From the NCBI GenBank assembly GCA_044225505.1, contig JBGAIN010000032.1, positions 1 to 60,103 of the forward strand: a stretch of DNA of 60,103 nucleotides. The letters run 5' to 3'. Source of the stretch: Limisphaerales bacterium. Its GTDB lineage: Bacteria; Verrucomicrobiota; Verrucomicrobiia; Limisphaerales; SIBE01. The notes under the pieces were generated by a model. The model ran no database searches. It was not told the DNA's origin and was given only the letters and a program-made list of their open reading frames with translations. Positions within the stretch are counted from its first letter, which is position 1. The number at the start of each line of letters is the position of its first letter. Positions 10,201 to 19,704 of the stretch are shown one piece after another. The translations under genes were made by a program, and so were the position numbers.

Positions 10201-10864
10201 ATTGACTCCGGATTTTGCAGATCCAAACGCTCTACGGTTCGCATTCGATCACTTTCAAGCGAAGACTGACAAAGATGGGAGATTTGATTTTGCGCAAGCT
10301 CCGCCTGGCAAAAGGATTGTGTCGCGCCTCATTCGATCAGGCCGACGCGGTTGGACTTACGCCTACGCGACACCTGTGATCGTGAAGCCGGGAGAATTGA
10401 CGGAGATCACTGCTGGAGGGAGCGGACGGCAAGTGATTGGGCGTGCGTCATTCCCGAGTGCAAACCAAATTGATTGGAAGAGCGGCATCTTCTCGCTGCA
10501 AACCAAGCGCCCTAGACCGCCCGCTGGATTCAAAACAGCTGATGAAGTAAGGAAATGGGCTGAATCTCCAGATGTACAGGCGGCTCTGGCTGCATTTCGG
10601 AGCTACCCAGTGATCCTCGCTGACGACGGCTCCTTTACGATCGACGACATCCCTGCTGGGAACTACGAACTGAACCTAACCCTGACCGAGCCAGGTGGAG
10701 CGCTCGATCCCACATCCGGCTTGCGAATCGGTGCGCTCAACAAAGAAGTGACGATCGCGGACACCAGTGCCGCTACCCATAGCCCGTTAGATTTAGGACT
10801 GCTCGAGCTGCTGCCCGTAACCAAGGGAGCAACTGGCCCCAGGCCGCCGTTTGGGCCGCCCTAA
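7292..10864 (+). CDS. M56 metallopeptidase (BlaR1-like sensor) fused to multiple carboxypeptidase-regulatory-like beta-sandwich domains
   Basis: TM segments, HELAH, FHWFNP, REVACD; repeated G-x-V-x-D-x-x-G-x-P and TDxxGRF motifs; ATGA-coupled to the repressor. Confidence 0.92.
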   Translation: MITFSMTSAFDQWLLRTTWQVSLLVCLVLFVQTLCRDRLSSRWRFRLWWLVIIKLLCPVFPASRLSALNLVSSTPASVVVSAVTNSPRENASSFSGNASSPERPTTIAVTPATAPPSPVATTHSRWEVVTWSVMLRTIWFIGVLSLLGRLIYEQKRMAASLQSAKPIEEPGVLALLLDAREQLRLKKRVVLLETDAVQSPALYGFFQPRLLLPVGLTKRFSGTELRYVLLHELAHIKHHDIALNWLLALIQVFHWFNPFVWLAMSRMRTDREVACDARVLSLGNCDESREYGATVIKLLETFNARPSIVPSLATILEGKDQMRLRIKMIAHFGTNPRFAWVGAILIAALGVVFLTEAQPKPSDSSLRANSTRPDLKADEGKLGTIPENRDLLFLVLDGADNSPLSEVQLKITCCRQHQCSLLGRFATPASGPANIRYPADASSLAVHLSKEGYVPKLITWQPSRNDLVGGQYFTKLEKGSTIGGYVRDSDGQPVADAKIFLSGPGIEDPIAREHSGLQGNVSAASTDVQGRWTTSTAPEDLSRVSFGVEHPQFAPGGFAHDGASGSYSDRSKLIPLSDLRARRAVFTLNRGQTVMGEVLDSSGRPIRNATVLLGEKFAQAPRQQKTDENGRFRFDRRSHETSVTVEASGYAPDIKFVDGKESDQQLTFRLMPGGVIKGKVFDEQHRPLSDVTVSVGTAIWRGIQTLSWDTTTDEQGRFAWDSAPLDGITIGFMKRGYMIVERSFHAGGPEETIVLEPERRFAGLVTDADSGEPISELRVTPGESFGDGASQMVNWQPFLGVKGRNGTFLLHPERSIQLMRIEADGYIPLVASLSQEAKTLSTTNTFKLKRSAAFSGVVRLPNGSPATGAEVAVRSRGSFLELGWGKFNRLGGPEESKIATTDTEGRFSLPAQAEVTSIVAVHEKGYLEIPVENGSDPVLKMSEPLVLEPWGRLEGVLHVNHRPASNQAVALTPDFADPNALRFAFDHFQAKTDKDGRFDFAQAPPGKRIVSRLIRSGRRGWTYAYATPVIVKPGELTEITAGGSGRQVIGRASFPSANQIDWKSGIFSLQTKRPRPPAGFKTADEVRKWAESPDVQAALAAFRSYPVILADDGSFTIDDIPAGNYELNLTLTEPGGALDPTSGLRIGALNKEVTIADTSAATHSPLDLGLLELLPVTKGATGPRPPFGPP

Positions 10865-11093
10865 TGGGTTTAGCCGCATCCTGACAGCCTTACCGCCCAA
10901 CGGCCTTGATCATCATTGCCCGTGCACGGCGTTGTAATCCTGAGATTGCGGCGATTCCTGGCGCAGTTTCGCCATGTTTCAACACCGGTCGGCTCAAGGA
11001 AATCGCAATCGGCTCCTGGCGTGCAGTCTAATCCCTTAATGTTAAAGGCCCACTCAAAGGTTTCCTTAAAATACAAACGGCGTCTCTCGATTC

Positions 11094-11217
11094 AAAAACC
11101 AGATTGCACTCTAAGGCCGCTTAGAGGATAACGAAGGGCAGGAGGTCAATGCCCATATGTTAGCCAAGGTGTTTTCGGTTGCTGTCAATGGTATCGAGGC
11201 GTACCCGTCGAAGTGGA
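11094..11217 (+). pseudogene. Diverged copy of the comM promoter region and first ~20 codons
   Basis: Aligns with 27348-27472; encodes MLAKVFSVAVNGIEAYP from ATG 11157, then frameshifts. Confidence 0.9.
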
Positions 11218-11813
11218 GACTCGCTTGCTTGGACTCCATCGCGTGAAAAGCGGATGAAGCACAACATAACCACCAAGCTCAAGGTTCGGCGTGGTCGGAC
11301 CGGAGCAACAAGTTAAGCCGGTACGGATTGTCGATTTTAATGCCGTTAGAGATGGATGCTGGGCCAAATTTCCGGGGCCGAAAAACGCTTCTACCGATGG
11401 CGAATCGGCTGTTCCGATGTGATCTCGGCGCGCCCTGCTTCGTAGCGGCAATTGGGCTTCCTTCCGACGAGTCCGGGAGCATTCTTGGTAGCCGAATTGG
11501 ATCCCTGACTTTGGTGCTCGTCGGGGGTTAATCGTTCCAACGAAGTCGGCGGCTTGCACCATCGGTGAAGCGCGCCGGCAACCGAAACTGGAGTTCTTAT
11601 TTCTTTGTCATGCACGCCCGTAATTCCTGAATCACTTCTTTCGTAGATGAGTGGACCGATGGTTGGACCCCGCCAATTTTAGAGATTCCAACGGAGATGC
11701 TAATTCGGATGTCGGTGGTGTCTTTGCCGGCTTCCATTTCCCGCACTTTAGGAACCTGGGGATGATATGACGGTGGGAGCGACAAGTCGTAATGCCCAGT
11801 GCTATCCCTTATC

Positions 11814-11975
11814 CGTAAGCGCGAAGGAGGCGGCATGATGGCATTCGGCCTCGTGCAACTCGGCTTGGCCATGTCCAGCCTGCGCGATTCGAAGGCTTCT
11901 TACGAGGTGCTGGACTGGCTGTCGGACCGCTTTTGGCGGCGGAACACGGCCACCACGCCTGATCCCAATGGATGA
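11814..11975 (+). pseudogene. Isolated internal gene fragment, possibly GH95-like glycoside hydrolase
   Basis: Manual translation RKREGGGMMAFGLVQLGLAMSSLRDSKASYEVLDWLSDRFWRRNTATTPDP; family assignment is from memory of the MAFGLVQLG motif. Confidence 0.4.
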
Positions 11976-12061
11976 AACACAGTTCTCCCCCCATGAATCA
12001 CTTCACCGGTCATTTGCTTGAGAGGACCACGTCAGGCGGAGATCGGGCTTCAATCGCGCTT

Positions 12062-12079
12062 TTCTTAACAGTCCTTAAC
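12062..12079 (+). promoter_or_regulatory. Putative OmpR/PhoB-family response regulator box (copy 1)
   Basis: TTCTTAACAGTCCTTAAC, CTTAAC direct repeat with 10-bp period; 17/18 identical to 15571-15588. Confidence 0.7.
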
Positions 12080-12107
12080 GTGCGCCCCGGGGTCTCGCGG
12101 TGTTTCA

Positions 12108-13091
12108 ATGATTGGCATGAGCTTGAACTTAAAGAACGAGTGCCAACATCGGGAGAGAACCAAGTCTTACCCTAACCTCTTGGCCCAAATCGCTTTTTCG
12201 GCGCTCGTATACGCTGGCGTGGTTCAAGTTTCCGCGCAGCCCTGGGGAGGCCGAGGCCCGGGGAGCCCGCGTGACAGCGGGGCGAACGAGTGGGTCGAGC
12301 CGGACAAGACCGAACCTCCGGGGACTCACTATCGCCTCTTTGCCACCCCCTCGCGCGGCGCCAACACGCAAGCCAGCTACCTGGTCTATTTGCCTTCGGG
12401 GTATGAAGACGCCGGCGCACGGCGGTATCCTGTGATTTACTGGCTGCATGGCGGCGGGGGCAATCAGCGCGAGGGAGCGTGGATGGTCCAGCAGATCGAT
12501 AATCGGATTCGCAAGGGGGACTTGCCTCCGTTCATCGTGATCCTGGCGCAGGGATTGCGGGACGTGCGTTACATCAATTCCAAGGACGGCACCCGGCCGG
12601 TCGAGGACGTCATCATCAAAGACCTCATACCGCACATCGATGCCACATATCGGACGATTGCCTCGCGGGAGGGCCGGGCGGTTGAGGGTTTCTCGATGGG
12701 CGGGTACGGCGCCCTGCATTTGGGCTTTTCGCATCCTGACGTCTTCGCCGTGGTTTCGGGGCTGGCGCCCAGCATCCGGGAGATGAAGGACGAGGCGCCG
12801 ATCGTCACCGACGTCTTTGGCAACGACCAGGCCTTCTATGACGCCGTGGGACCTTGGACCAACATCAAAGAACACGCCGACGCGGTCCGCGGACGGACCA
12901 AAGTTCGCTTGTTGGTCGGGGATCAGGACTCCCTCTTGGAGGTTGTCATGAAGTATGACCAATTGCTCACCTCACTTCACATTGAGCACCAGTTCGCCGT
13001 CGGGCCCGGGGCTGGTCATTCCGAACGGCAGCTCTTCGGGTCTCTGCCTTTCGACGCGCTGAGTTTCTGGAAGACCGCGTTCGCGCAGTGA
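12108..13091 (+). CDS. Secreted alpha/beta-hydrolase (putative esterase family)
   Basis: Signal-like segment ending VSA-QP; YLVYLP, YPVIYWLHGGGG, GFSMGG, GDQD, GAGH; exact start uncertain. Confidence 0.9.
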   Translation: MIGMSLNLKNECQHRERTKSYPNLLAQIAFSALVYAGVVQVSAQPWGGRGPGSPRDSGANEWVEPDKTEPPGTHYRLFATPSRGANTQASYLVYLPSGYEDAGARRYPVIYWLHGGGGNQREGAWMVQQIDNRIRKGDLPPFIVILAQGLRDVRYINSKDGTRPVEDVIIKDLIPHIDATYRTIASREGRAVEGFSMGGYGALHLGFSHPDVFAVVSGLAPSIREMKDEAPIVTDVFGNDQAFYDAVGPWTNIKEHADAVRGRTKVRLLVGDQDSLLEVVMKYDQLLTSLHIEHQFAVGPGAGHSERQLFGSLPFDALSFWKTAFAQ

Positions 13092-13131
13092 TCGACGGTA
13101 TTGCCTGCGGACTGGTAGATTTGGCAGCGGT

Positions 13132-14832
13132 TTGAATCGGAAGAAACAACTATTATGGGACCGGGTCCGGGAAGGGGTCTTCCTCGGCCTGTTGGCCTTG
13201 TTCTGCCTGATCCTTCTGGTCATCCAGTATCGATGGACCGGCGAGTTGAGCCGCGCTGAGGGCGCGCGCCTGCGGGCTAGCCTGACTGACGGGCTCCGGG
13301 CCTTGGGGCGCGCTTTTGACACCGAATTGCGCGAAAGCTGCGCTGACCTCTTGCCCGATGCCGACGAACTTGACCGCAAAGGGCGGGACGGCGCTCACGC
13401 AAGCCGGTTTGAAGCCTGGAAGGCAGCTCAGCATCGGCCTTGTTTTGCCCGCATCGCCGTCGCCGTGCCGGAGAACAACGGGTTGAGGCTCCTGACCCTG
13501 AACCCAGCTTCGGGGCGACTCGCCACCAATTCCTGGCCTGCGGATTGGGCGCGGCTCAAGGAGCGCTTGGAAGCGTTGCGCCTGGGCGGCCCGCCCACCG
13601 CACCGATTGTTGACCCTGCCTCCGCCTTGCTGGAGTTCCCCGTCTTCGGCAATTCCGGTTTGGGGGGCCGCCGTCTGCGCGAACGGGAGTGGCTGCTGCT
13701 GGAGTTGGACCTGGACTACGTACGAAAAGTCTGGCTCCCGGAGTTGGTGTGCGCCCATCTAAACCCCGGCCCGGAGCCTTTGTTTGCTGTCGAAGTGCGG
13801 CCGTCGGCTGCGTTGAACACCGTCATTTATGCCTCAGAGTCTCACAGGGGCGTTCAGGAATGGAAGCCCGATGCGACCGCTTCCTGCTTTGCGGTCGAGT
13901 TTTTGCGCCGGCGCGGGCGCGGGGAAGACGGTGGTGCTCCTCAGGACACCGGACGCTGGCTGTTGCTTGGCCACTGCCGGGGCGGGAACCTGGAAGCGGT
14001 GGTGGCCCGCTCACGATGGCGCAACCTCGGCGTGGCCGGCCTGGTGAATGCGCTCATCCTGGCGGCCGGAGCGCTGCTGGTCAGGCAAACTCGCCAATCC
14101 CGCCGCGTGGCCGAGGCCCAAATGAACTTCATGGCCGGGGTCTCGCACGAGTTGCGCACCCCCTTGACCGTCATCCGTAGCGCGGCTCATAATCTGCTCA
14201 AGGGCGTGGTCCAGGACGGGGAGCGAAGGGCGGAGTATGCCCGACTCATTGCAAACCAGGCCGACCAACTCTCACGGATGATCGAGCAAGTCCTTACCTT
14301 CGCCAGTCTGCGCCGAGCCGGGGAGCCGGCCATGCCCGGTTCCGCCGGCAGTTGCTCACTGAATGTCATCCTGCATCGATCCGCTGATGCCTTGGGGCTG
14401 GAAATCAAGACGAGCGGGTGCAAGGTCGAATTTGCGCTCCCCGATGACCTTCCTCCGGTCCGTGGGGATGCCGCCAGCCTGGAGCAGCTGTTCCAAAACC
14501 TCATTGGCAATGCCGCCAAGCATGGCGCTGCCGGGGGGTGGATCGGTATTTCCGCCCGCAAGGCGGAGGCCGCCGGTGTCGAAGTCATCGAAGCGTGCAT
14601 TTCGGACCGAGGCGCGGGCATCCCGGCGTTGGAGCAGGCCCGGATTTTCGAGCCCTTCTTCCGCGGGGAGCGCGCCCGAAGCCAGCAGATCCATGGCTCG
14701 GGCTTGGGGTTGAGCGTGGTTTGGGAAATCGTAAAGGCCCATGGGGGCATCATCTCCGTGCGGAACCCGGAGGGGGGCGGAGCCGAGTTTCGAGTCAGGC
14801 TGCCGATCGCGGCGCCGGAGGCCGCCCAATGA
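13132..14832 (+). CDS. Membrane sensor histidine kinase
   Basis: Two TM helices; H-box VSHELRTPL, N-box NLIGNAAKH, DRGAGI, FEPFFR, GSGLGL. Confidence 0.95.
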   Translation: MNRKKQLLWDRVREGVFLGLLALFCLILLVIQYRWTGELSRAEGARLRASLTDGLRALGRAFDTELRESCADLLPDADELDRKGRDGAHASRFEAWKAAQHRPCFARIAVAVPENNGLRLLTLNPASGRLATNSWPADWARLKERLEALRLGGPPTAPIVDPASALLEFPVFGNSGLGGRRLREREWLLLELDLDYVRKVWLPELVCAHLNPGPEPLFAVEVRPSAALNTVIYASESHRGVQEWKPDATASCFAVEFLRRRGRGEDGGAPQDTGRWLLLGHCRGGNLEAVVARSRWRNLGVAGLVNALILAAGALLVRQTRQSRRVAEAQMNFMAGVSHELRTPLTVIRSAAHNLLKGVVQDGERRAEYARLIANQADQLSRMIEQVLTFASLRRAGEPAMPGSAGSCSLNVILHRSADALGLEIKTSGCKVEFALPDDLPPVRGDAASLEQLFQNLIGNAAKHGAAGGWIGISARKAEAAGVEVIEACISDRGAGIPALEQARIFEPFFRGERARSQQIHGSGLGLSVVWEIVKAHGGIISVRNPEGGGAEFRVRLPIAAPEAAQ

Positions 14833-15515
14833 GCTCGCGAATTCTACTGGTCGAAGACGAGCCTGGATTGGTTATGACCCTCACCGATCTGCTTCGCGCG
14901 GAAGGTCACCAGGTGGAAGCGGCGCTGGATGGAAACCGGGGTCGCGAACTGGCCCTGCAAGGCCGATTCGACCTCCTGATCCTGGACGTCATGCTCCCCG
15001 GCCTGGATGGATTCGAAGTCTGTCACGCCGCGCGGCAGCATGGGTTTGACGGAGGCATTCTCATGCTGACGGCCCGGTCGCAGATTCCTGACCGCGTGGA
15101 GGGCTTGCGGATCGGCGCGGACGATTACCTCGGGAAACCGTTCGATCCGGACGAGCTGCTGGCCCGCGTCAACGCCCTGCTGCGCCGGGTCCACAAAGCG
15201 CCGCTCACGCCTGTCGAGCGGTTCCAGTTCGAAGACGTCAGCGTCGATTTCGTGCGGGAAACGGTGTCCAAGTCCGGCAAAGCCGTCGACCTTACCGCGA
15301 GAGAACTCCAACTGCTTCGCTGCTTGATCGACCACCGCGGCGAGGTAATGACACGCGAACAGATTTTGCAGCGGGTCTGGAAGGAGCAGCGATTTATTAC
15401 CGCCCGGACCGTGGACGTGCATGTGGCCTGGCTGCGTCAGAAGATCGAAACCGAGCCGCAGTCCCCACGGCACCTCCTGACGGTGCGGGGCGAGGGTTAC
15501 GTATTTGAGAAGTAG
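14829..15515 (+). CDS. OmpR/PhoB family DNA-binding response regulator
   Basis: MSSRILLVEDE, LILDVMLPGLDG, GADDYLGKPF, TVDVHVAWLRQK, TVRGEGY; ATGA overlap with the kinase. Confidence 0.96.
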   Translation: MSSRILLVEDEPGLVMTLTDLLRAEGHQVEAALDGNRGRELALQGRFDLLILDVMLPGLDGFEVCHAARQHGFDGGILMLTARSQIPDRVEGLRIGADDYLGKPFDPDELLARVNALLRRVHKAPLTPVERFQFEDVSVDFVRETVSKSGKAVDLTARELQLLRCLIDHRGEVMTREQILQRVWKEQRFITARTVDVHVAWLRQKIETEPQSPRHLLTVRGEGYVFEK

Positions 15516-15570
15516 TTCTCCACTGCCGGCGGAGTAGGCTGAGCTGTAACTGCCCGGATCCTCCGGCAAG

Positions 15571-15588
15571 TTCTTAACAATCCTTAAC
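15571..15588 (+). promoter_or_regulatory. Putative OmpR/PhoB-family response regulator box (copy 2)
   Basis: TTCTTAACAATCCTTAAC, near-identical to 12062-12079. Confidence 0.7.
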
Positions 15589-15626
15589 AAGACATTGGGC
15601 CCTGTTTTGGTGATTCTCTTTACGGC

Positions 15627-15836
15627 ATGAGACAGAACGCGCGTGCCGGCGGAGCCGAAATGGCCACCAACGTCAAGCAGATGGTCGACGAGGGCAACAA
15701 CATTAAGTTCGTGGTATTCGAGAAAGGTACGGTGTTCCCCGAGGCCATGGCTGACGGTATAGAACATATGCGAACCTGGGCGGTCGCCTACTCCATAAAT
15801 GGAGCAAGGGACTGGCTCTTTACGTAGCACAAATAG
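15627..15836 (+). pseudogene. Remnant: C-terminal end of an alpha/beta-hydrolase/peptidase joined to a few N-terminal codons
   Basis: NNIKFVVFEKGTV..EHMRTWAVAYSINGARDWLFT*HK*; resembles the H-x-x-W..Y..DWLF.Q ending of such hydrolases, with a premature TAG. Confidence 0.55.
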
Positions 15837-15949
15837 CCGCGATCAATCCCTACTTCGCCAATCGTCGGGTTCCCCGATTCCAACTAACTACAACAAGAAT
15901 GAATACAATGCTCACGCTAACCCGCAAACTCCTTGCGGGAACAAAGGAA

Positions 15950-17545
15950 ATGAAGAGGTCGCAAACGCGCAAGTGGTCGCTGTGCTTGCTAGCCGTAGGC
16001 AGCCTGGTCTCGGCCCTGCACGCCGGGGGCTTAAGCGCGGTGGCGGGAGCCGGATACAGCCTGGTCTTCGACACCAATCAATTCACGGTCAAGACCTTGA
16101 AAGCGGGGGACCAAACCCTCCGCTACCGTGCCTATGAGGGCATCGTGTACGTGGCAAACCCCGTGGACACGAACTACCAGAGCATGAATGTCTATGTGCC
16201 GGTCGAGTACTATGAAGGAAAGTCAGTTGGGGCTTACAACGCGGAGACAGCTCCGATCTTTTTGCCGATCTCCGTTGGTGGTTACATGCCGGGGAGAGCG
16301 GCCAGACCCGGAGGCTTCGGAGGCCGCGGCGGCCCGGGAGGCTCGCCCGGAGGACCGGGGGGACCTGGAGATTTTGCAGGCCCGGGGGGCCCCAGTAGTC
16401 CAGGCGGGCCTGGAGGCTTTGGCGGTCCCCGCGGGTTTGGCGGCCCCGAAGGGCCAGGGGGACCGGGAGGAGGAGCCATTGGGGCCGCGTTGCTGAAGGG
16501 CCTGGTCGTTGCCGCCCCCGGAGCACGCGGGCGCACCTTGAGGGATGAGAACGGACGGTATACCGGCAAGGCCCCAGCCTGCATTGTGGATCTCAAGGCT
16601 GCTGTCCGCTACCTGCGCCATAACGCCAAGCTCATCCCCGGCAATGCCGAGAAGATCATCTCCAACGGGACCAGCGCCGGCGGCGCGCTCTCCGCGTTGC
16701 TGGGCGCCACCGGCAACAACGCCGATTACGAGTCGTACTTGAAAGCGCTTGGCGCGGCGGAGGCGCCCGACGCCATCTTCGCCGCATCGTGCTATTGCCC
16801 GATTACTGATCTCGACCACGCCGACTTGGCCTACGAATGGCTCTTCAATGGGATCAACACCTTCAGCGGGAGAGGCGGCGGCGTCCTGTCGCCGGATCAG
16901 ATCAAGGTCTCGGATCAATTGAAAGCCCTCTTCCCGGCGTATGTGAATAGCCTCGGGCTGAAACGCCCTGACCAGACCGCCCTGACCTTGGACGCCAACG
17001 GAGAAGGTCCCTTCAAGGATTACGTAAAGTCCTTTGTGATCGCCTCCGCGCAAACGGCCCTGAGAGCGGGCAAAGACCTGTCCGGCGTGGCCTGGCTGAC
17101 CATAAAGGACGGAACCGTCACCGACATCGACTTCGGCAAGTTCGTGGCTTATGCAACGCGAATGAAAACGCCTCCTGCCTTTGATTCCCTGGGGCTTCGT
17201 TCCCCGGACAACAACCTCTTCGGAACCACGACCATCGATAGCCAGCACTTCACCGCCTTTTCCAAGCAGCAGAGCCCCGATCATCCGCTTGCGGACGCGT
17301 CCGTCGTGAAAACGATGAGCCCGATGCCGTACATCGGCGCTCATGGGACCACCACAGCTGCGCACTGGCGCATCCGTCACGGCACCGTCGATAGGGATAC
17401 ATCCCTAGCCGTGCCAGTCATCCTGGCCACGAAACTCCAGAATCAGGGTTTCGACGTGGACTTCGCGATGCCCTGGGCTCAAGGACACGGCGGCGATTAC
17501 GACTTGGATGAGCTTTTCGCATGGATCACCCGTATTTGCCGGTAA
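15950..17545 (+). CDS. Subtype B tannase-like secreted esterase with Gly/Pro-rich insert
   Basis: AAGGA RBS; signal peptide; [56 protein letters not shown]. Confidence 0.88.
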   Translation: MKRSQTRKWSLCLLAVGSLVSALHAGGLSAVAGAGYSLVFDTNQFTVKTLKAGDQTLRYRAYEGIVYVANPVDTNYQSMNVYVPVEYYEGKSVGAYNAETAPIFLPISVGGYMPGRAARPGGFGGRGGPGGSPGGPGGPGDFAGPGGPSSPGGPGGFGGPRGFGGPEGPGGPGGGAIGAALLKGLVVAAPGARGRTLRDENGRYTGKAPACIVDLKAAVRYLRHNAKLIPGNAEKIISNGTSAGGALSALLGATGNNADYESYLKALGAAEAPDAIFAASCYCPITDLDHADLAYEWLFNGINTFSGRGGGVLSPDQIKVSDQLKALFPAYVNSLGLKRPDQTALTLDANGEGPFKDYVKSFVIASAQTALRAGKDLSGVAWLTIKDGTVTDIDFGKFVAYATRMKTPPAFDSLGLRSPDNNLFGTTTIDSQHFTAFSKQQSPDHPLADASVVKTMSPMPYIGAHGTTTAAHWRIRHGTVDRDTSLAVPVILATKLQNQGFDVDFAMPWAQGHGGDYDLDELFAWITRICR

Positions 17546-17847
17546 CAAGGCGCGCGCGAAATTCCCGTTATCTGTCACCGTCTGCGAAGAGTTGGTGGAT
17601 GCGTGCCGATGAAAGCAGAGTGATCCACGGGAAGTTTTGCAGCCAGATGCTCACGGAACAAGGCTGGAAGCCCTACATGAGCTGCCCCCTGGCCTTTTGC
17701 TCGACATTCGAATGCAACTTCGCGCCGATGTTGCTGAAAGGTCAGCCCATGGATTCCGTATTCCGTGAATCAGAATGCTGGGGATGAAAGGACGATGGGA
17801 AGGACAATGGGTTAGCAGCAGTATTACAGTTTGTCCTAACGCGGTTT

Positions 17848-19592
17848 TCACTGTCGGACACGGTAGAATTGGGAGGGGACGGAATTAGTGACGCGACGCG
17901 GCGATGTCGCCCGGGGAACGTCTCTCCATGGACCCTCAGCGTTCGCAGCGATTGTAAAGTCCCGTATCCCTTCCAGGTTACATTCCACGACGCCGCAGAG
18001 CGTCGAACGTCCAGAATAGCGGGCGGTACGGGTTGCCAGCCTCCCAGCGCTGTTTCAAGGAATTGAGCGACGGCCAGCACAACGTGTTCTTCCCATGGCC
18101 GTCCGACAATTTGAATGCCTATGGGTAAGCCCTCGCTGGAAGTTCCTGCCCGAACCACCGCCGCGGGCAAGCCCGCCAAATTGTAAGGGTCAGTGTAGGA
18201 GAGGTCGCTATTAGCCTCTGCTTGAGAGTGCGTTGGTGGAAGCTGGGAACTGACCGGACAGAGGATTACATCATAGTCCTGCATGAAATCCCGCAAGCCC
18301 TGCTTGAAAGAATCGCGTTGGGCCAGGGCGTCCGCTTGTTGGGTCGCAGAGAGCACGGGAAGGTCGTTGGCCAGATACTCGAGGCTGGGACCTGCCAAGC
18401 CCAATGGCGTGCCGGCTGCTTGGAGCAGGCCACGGAAAAAGGCCCGGCCGGCCACTTGAAACATAAGGAAGTCAAGTGCTGGTCCCTCACGCAACTGCTT
18501 AGGGATCTTTTCATCCACGACTCCGGCGATTTCTGAAAGGAGTCTTGCGGCCTTAAGAACGGCCTGGACGATCTCTTTTGCCGGAGCCGCCGTGCCATTG
18601 TTGCTGTGGAAGGCAATGCGCAGCGAACTCAAATCCACGCTTGTGGGATCTCCCAGCGGTCGATCCTCGACGGATAGGTCGCGGGGATCCGGCCCGGAGA
18701 TGATGCGCAGGGCCAGGATCAGATCTTGGACGAATCTCGCGATCGGTCCTGGTTGAGTTTGCGGCCCGAGCGCCCCTCCCGGACCGGGGATGTGCCCGGC
18801 GAGCGATGCGCGACCTGACGTCGGTTTGAGACCCGCCACGCCACAACAGTGCGCGGGCCAACGGATGCTGCCTGAAGTATCGGATCCAATATCCAACGGT
18901 GCCCCACCAACGAGCACGTTTGCGGCTGGCCCTCCCGAACTTCCGCCAGGGGTACGTGTCAAATCGAAGGGATTATTGGTCCGGCCGTAGACCAGATTAT
19001 CCGTAAACCCTCCGATGGTGAACTCGGGCGTGTTCGTTTTGCCTAGGACAATGGCACCCGCGGCCCGCAAACGCGCCACCACTGTGGCATCTTGAGCCGG
19101 CACGTAGTTGGAACGGCCCTTCGTGCCCGCGGTACTGATGATTCCCTCGGTCTCGTAGCTGTCCTTGACGGTGATGGGAACGCCATGGAGCGGGCCTTTA
19201 AGTTTGCCTTGAGCCAAGGCTTGATCGGCGGCCCGCGCTTCAGCCAAAGCACGCTCGGCCGCCATTGCGACCACGGCGTTGATCTTGTCATTGACTTGAG
19301 CGATGCGATCGACGTGTGCCGTCACCACCTCCACAGAAGAGACGATTTTTTCCCGTATTGCTTTAGCCAGACTCCCGACGGACCAGGACGAGAGATCCAG
19401 GGGAAGCTCGGAAGCCTGGGAGCTTATCCCATGTCGCGACAGCGGTGACCGGAAACCGCCGCCGGTCAAGAGGAGGAAAGCACCGATGGACTGCTTCAGC
19501 ACTCGGCGGCGCGAGACCGGTTTCGCTCCCGTGTGCAGGACACGGGAGGTGCCGATGCGGATAGTTGGTTTCTCGTTCTGGAAGGATGGCAT
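17848..19592 (-). CDS. Amidase-signature enzyme with Tat signal and C-terminal FYR module (1-bp frameshift near 17950)
   Basis: SRRRVLK twin-arginine motif; GVPITVKD, GKTNTPEF, PGGSSGG, GSDTSGSIR; the shifted frame continues AANAEGPWRDVP..SQFYRVRQ* ending at 17848 (the ORF track runs on to 17742). Confidence 0.88.
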
Positions 19593-19615
19593 GGTTGTCG
19601 TAGTTCCGTAGAGAA

Positions 19616-19642
19616 AACGGCCTGGACTCACCCGTTTTAACA
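19616..19642 (-). promoter_or_regulatory. Putative ECF-sigma promoter upstream of the amidase
   Basis: TGTTAAAACG-N12-CCGTT ending ~24 nt before the ATG; the same motif occurs at 25903-25929 and 25946-25972. Confidence 0.75.
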
Positions 19643-19704
19643 GAGATTGTGGTGGCTCACTTAGTTGAAAATTCATACGATCACACCCAGTTCTCGAGAC
19701 CACC

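Noticed and set aside
14538..14828. Extended N-terminus of the response regulator
   Set aside because: Overlaps the kinase; the receiver domain starts at ATG 14829 with an ATGA overlap
14844..17380. Long minus-strand ORFs (328 aa and 385 aa)
   Set aside because: Antisense to the response regulator and tannase-like genes, which carry clear family motifs
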